A DNA stretch of 64,000 nt from an uncultured bacterium. Its GTDB lineage: Bacteria > Krumholzibacteriota > Krumholzibacteriia > Krumholzibacteriales > Krumholzibacteriaceae. Numbering within the stretch: position 1 is the first letter of the stretch; the number at the start of each line of letters is the position of its first letter. A program made the translations under genes and the position numbers. Where the stretch lies: positions 864,001 to 928,000 of the forward strand of contig CAWBAN010000001.1 of NCBI GenBank assembly GCA_963786935.1. The letters run 5' to 3'. Of this stretch, positions 62,774 through 64,000 are shown in pieces. Under the pieces are notes generated by a model. That model was given only the letters and a program-made list of their open reading frames with translations. It did not search any database and was not told the DNA's origin.

Positions 62774-63435
62774 CACCGTCTCCCCGCCGAGGCGGCGAAC
62801 GCCTCGATCCAGGCGATCCATCGATCGAATCCCGCTCCCGTCGCGCACGATATTTCGATGATTTCGAGCTTCGGGTTGATCTCGAGCGCCTCCCGCTTCG
62901 CCTTCTCCATGTCGAACGAGACGTAGGGCGCGAGATCGATCTTGTTCAGCAGCAGGAGCCGCGACTCCCGGAACATGAGCGGGTACTTCTTCGGCTTGTC
63001 GTCCCCCTCGGAAACGCTCAGGAGCATGACGCGGGCGTCCTCGCCGAGATCGAACTCGGCGGGGCAGACGAGATTGCCGACGTTCTCGATGAAGAGCAGA
63101 TCGATCGAGCCGAGATCGAGCTGGTGGAGCGCGCCGTGGACCATCGCCGCGTCGAGGTGGCATACGCCCCCCGTCTCGATCTGGTACACGGGCACGCCGA
63201 GCGTGGCGATCTTCTCCGCGTCGGTCCTCGTCTGGATATCCCCCTCGATGACCCCGACCCGCAGCTTCCCCGCGAGAAGCGGTATGGTCCGGTAGAGGAG
63301 CGACGTCTTTCCGGCGCCGGGCGCGCTCATGACGTTGATCGTCGGAACGCGCCGCGCCCGGAGCATCTCACGGTTCTCCCCCGCGATCGCCTCGTTCCTG
63401 CTCCGGAGATCCTCACCGATCCGAATCTCGTGCAT
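62773..63435 (-). CDS. hypB: Nickel-insertion GTPase HypB
   Basis: PGAGKT, CHLDA, ENVGNLVCP, EGDDKP, NKIDL. Confidence 0.96.
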   Translation of the reverse strand: MHEIRIGEDLRSRNEAIAGENREMLRARRVPTINVMSAPGAGKTSLLYRTIPLLAGKLRVGVIEGDIQTRTDAEKIATLGVPVYQIETGGVCHLDAAMVHGALHQLDLGSIDLLFIENVGNLVCPAEFDLGEDARVMLLSVSEGDDKPKKYPLMFRESRLLLLNKIDLAPYVSFDMEKAKREALEINPKLEIIEISCATGAGFDRWIAWIEAFAASAGRR

Positions 63436-63455
63436 ACGATTGCTCCCTTTCGCCG

Positions 63456-63830
63456 TCAGGCGCCCGCATCTTCCGGCCCGCCGGCGGGGTCGCCGACGAG
63501 GATATAATCGACTTCCATCTCCCGCCCGGCGAGGATCTCGATATCCCCCGAACCGCACGCCGGGCACCGGAAGACGAAATCGGCGGGATTCGAGTGCGCC
63601 CCGCACGCCGCGCATCGCGCGCGCAGCCGCACCTTCTCCACCTCGAGCTCCGCGCCCTCCGCGGCCGTCCCCTTCGACATCACCTCGAAGGCGAACCGGA
63701 GGGCGTCCTCGCTGACGCCGGCCATCTCGCCGATCCGCAGATGCACGACGCGCACGGGCCCTCCGCCTTCGGTCCGCGCCGCGCGGTCGACGATGGCGAG
63801 GAGGTCGCTCATGAGAGACGCTTCATGCAC
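63456..63830 (-). CDS. hypA: Nickel metallochaperone HypA
   Basis: MHE.S, CAAC...CPAC, GREM. Confidence 0.95.
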   Translation of the reverse strand: MHEASLMSDLLAIVDRAARTEGGGPVRVVHLRIGEMAGVSEDALRFAFEVMSKGTAAEGAELEVEKVRLRARCAACGAHSNPADFVFRCPACGSGDIEILAGREMEVDYILVGDPAGGPEDAGA

Positions 63831-64000
63831 CGGTGCTTCTCCTCTCCGAGAGGCCCTTCGAGACTTTCCGGTGCGGCGCGCCCGTGATCTCCCCGACGAT
63901 TTCGTCGACGAGGGCCGGGATGACGCCGCTCACCGCTTCCGTGCACTCCTCCCCGAGCGTCAGGCAATCGGCCCCCTGTACCCCGAAGATAACGACTTCC
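63823..64000 (-). CDS. Hydrogenase maturation endopeptidase, C-terminal part (runs off window end)
   Basis: Hand translation EVVIFGVQGADCLTLGEECTEAV...LVDEI...GA*, HybD/HycI-like end, upstream of hypA. Confidence 0.7.
   Translation of the reverse strand, partial: EVVIFGVQGADCLTLGEECTEAVSGVIPALVDEIVGEITGAPHRKVSKGLSERRSTGA

Overview
High-GC bacterial chromosomal window, mostly minus-strand housekeeping and envelope genes. Gene content (Bacteroidota-type bS22, PorV-like barrel, GlmU-like protein, peptidase/propeller/Omp85-like proteins) suggests an FCB-group lineage (inference). Genes include dapF, argF, xerC, mscL, trmFO-topA-smg-secA, a TPR/J-domain/Slt/NHL cluster, purN-purC-purH-guaA, comEC, a GGDEF cyclase, mltD, two glgC paralogs, a hup-bS22-PilZ-kinase-2x NtrC-family cluster, divergent tRNA-Ala/tRNA-Leu, two GT-C-like membrane proteins, a propeller-SpoIIE sensor, radical SAM + GT4, thyX and hypABCD. 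I found no mobile element or CRISPR array. Most interesting: (1) an unannotated ~100-nt hairpin at 42877-42977 between a sigma54-like and a sigma70-like promoter, a candidate sRNA upstream of the NtrC cluster; (2) sigma54 promoters ahead of the Slt-NHL and TPR-J-domain operons; (3) an S9 peptidase lacking the catalytic His and HGGP motif; (4) a degenerate PP2C-like domain fused to a PQQ-type propeller; (5) an 8-Cys insertion in SecA; (6) a 31-aa bS22 gene absent from the ORF track. Two single-base frameshifts (guaA, Omp85-like gene) are probably assembly errors.
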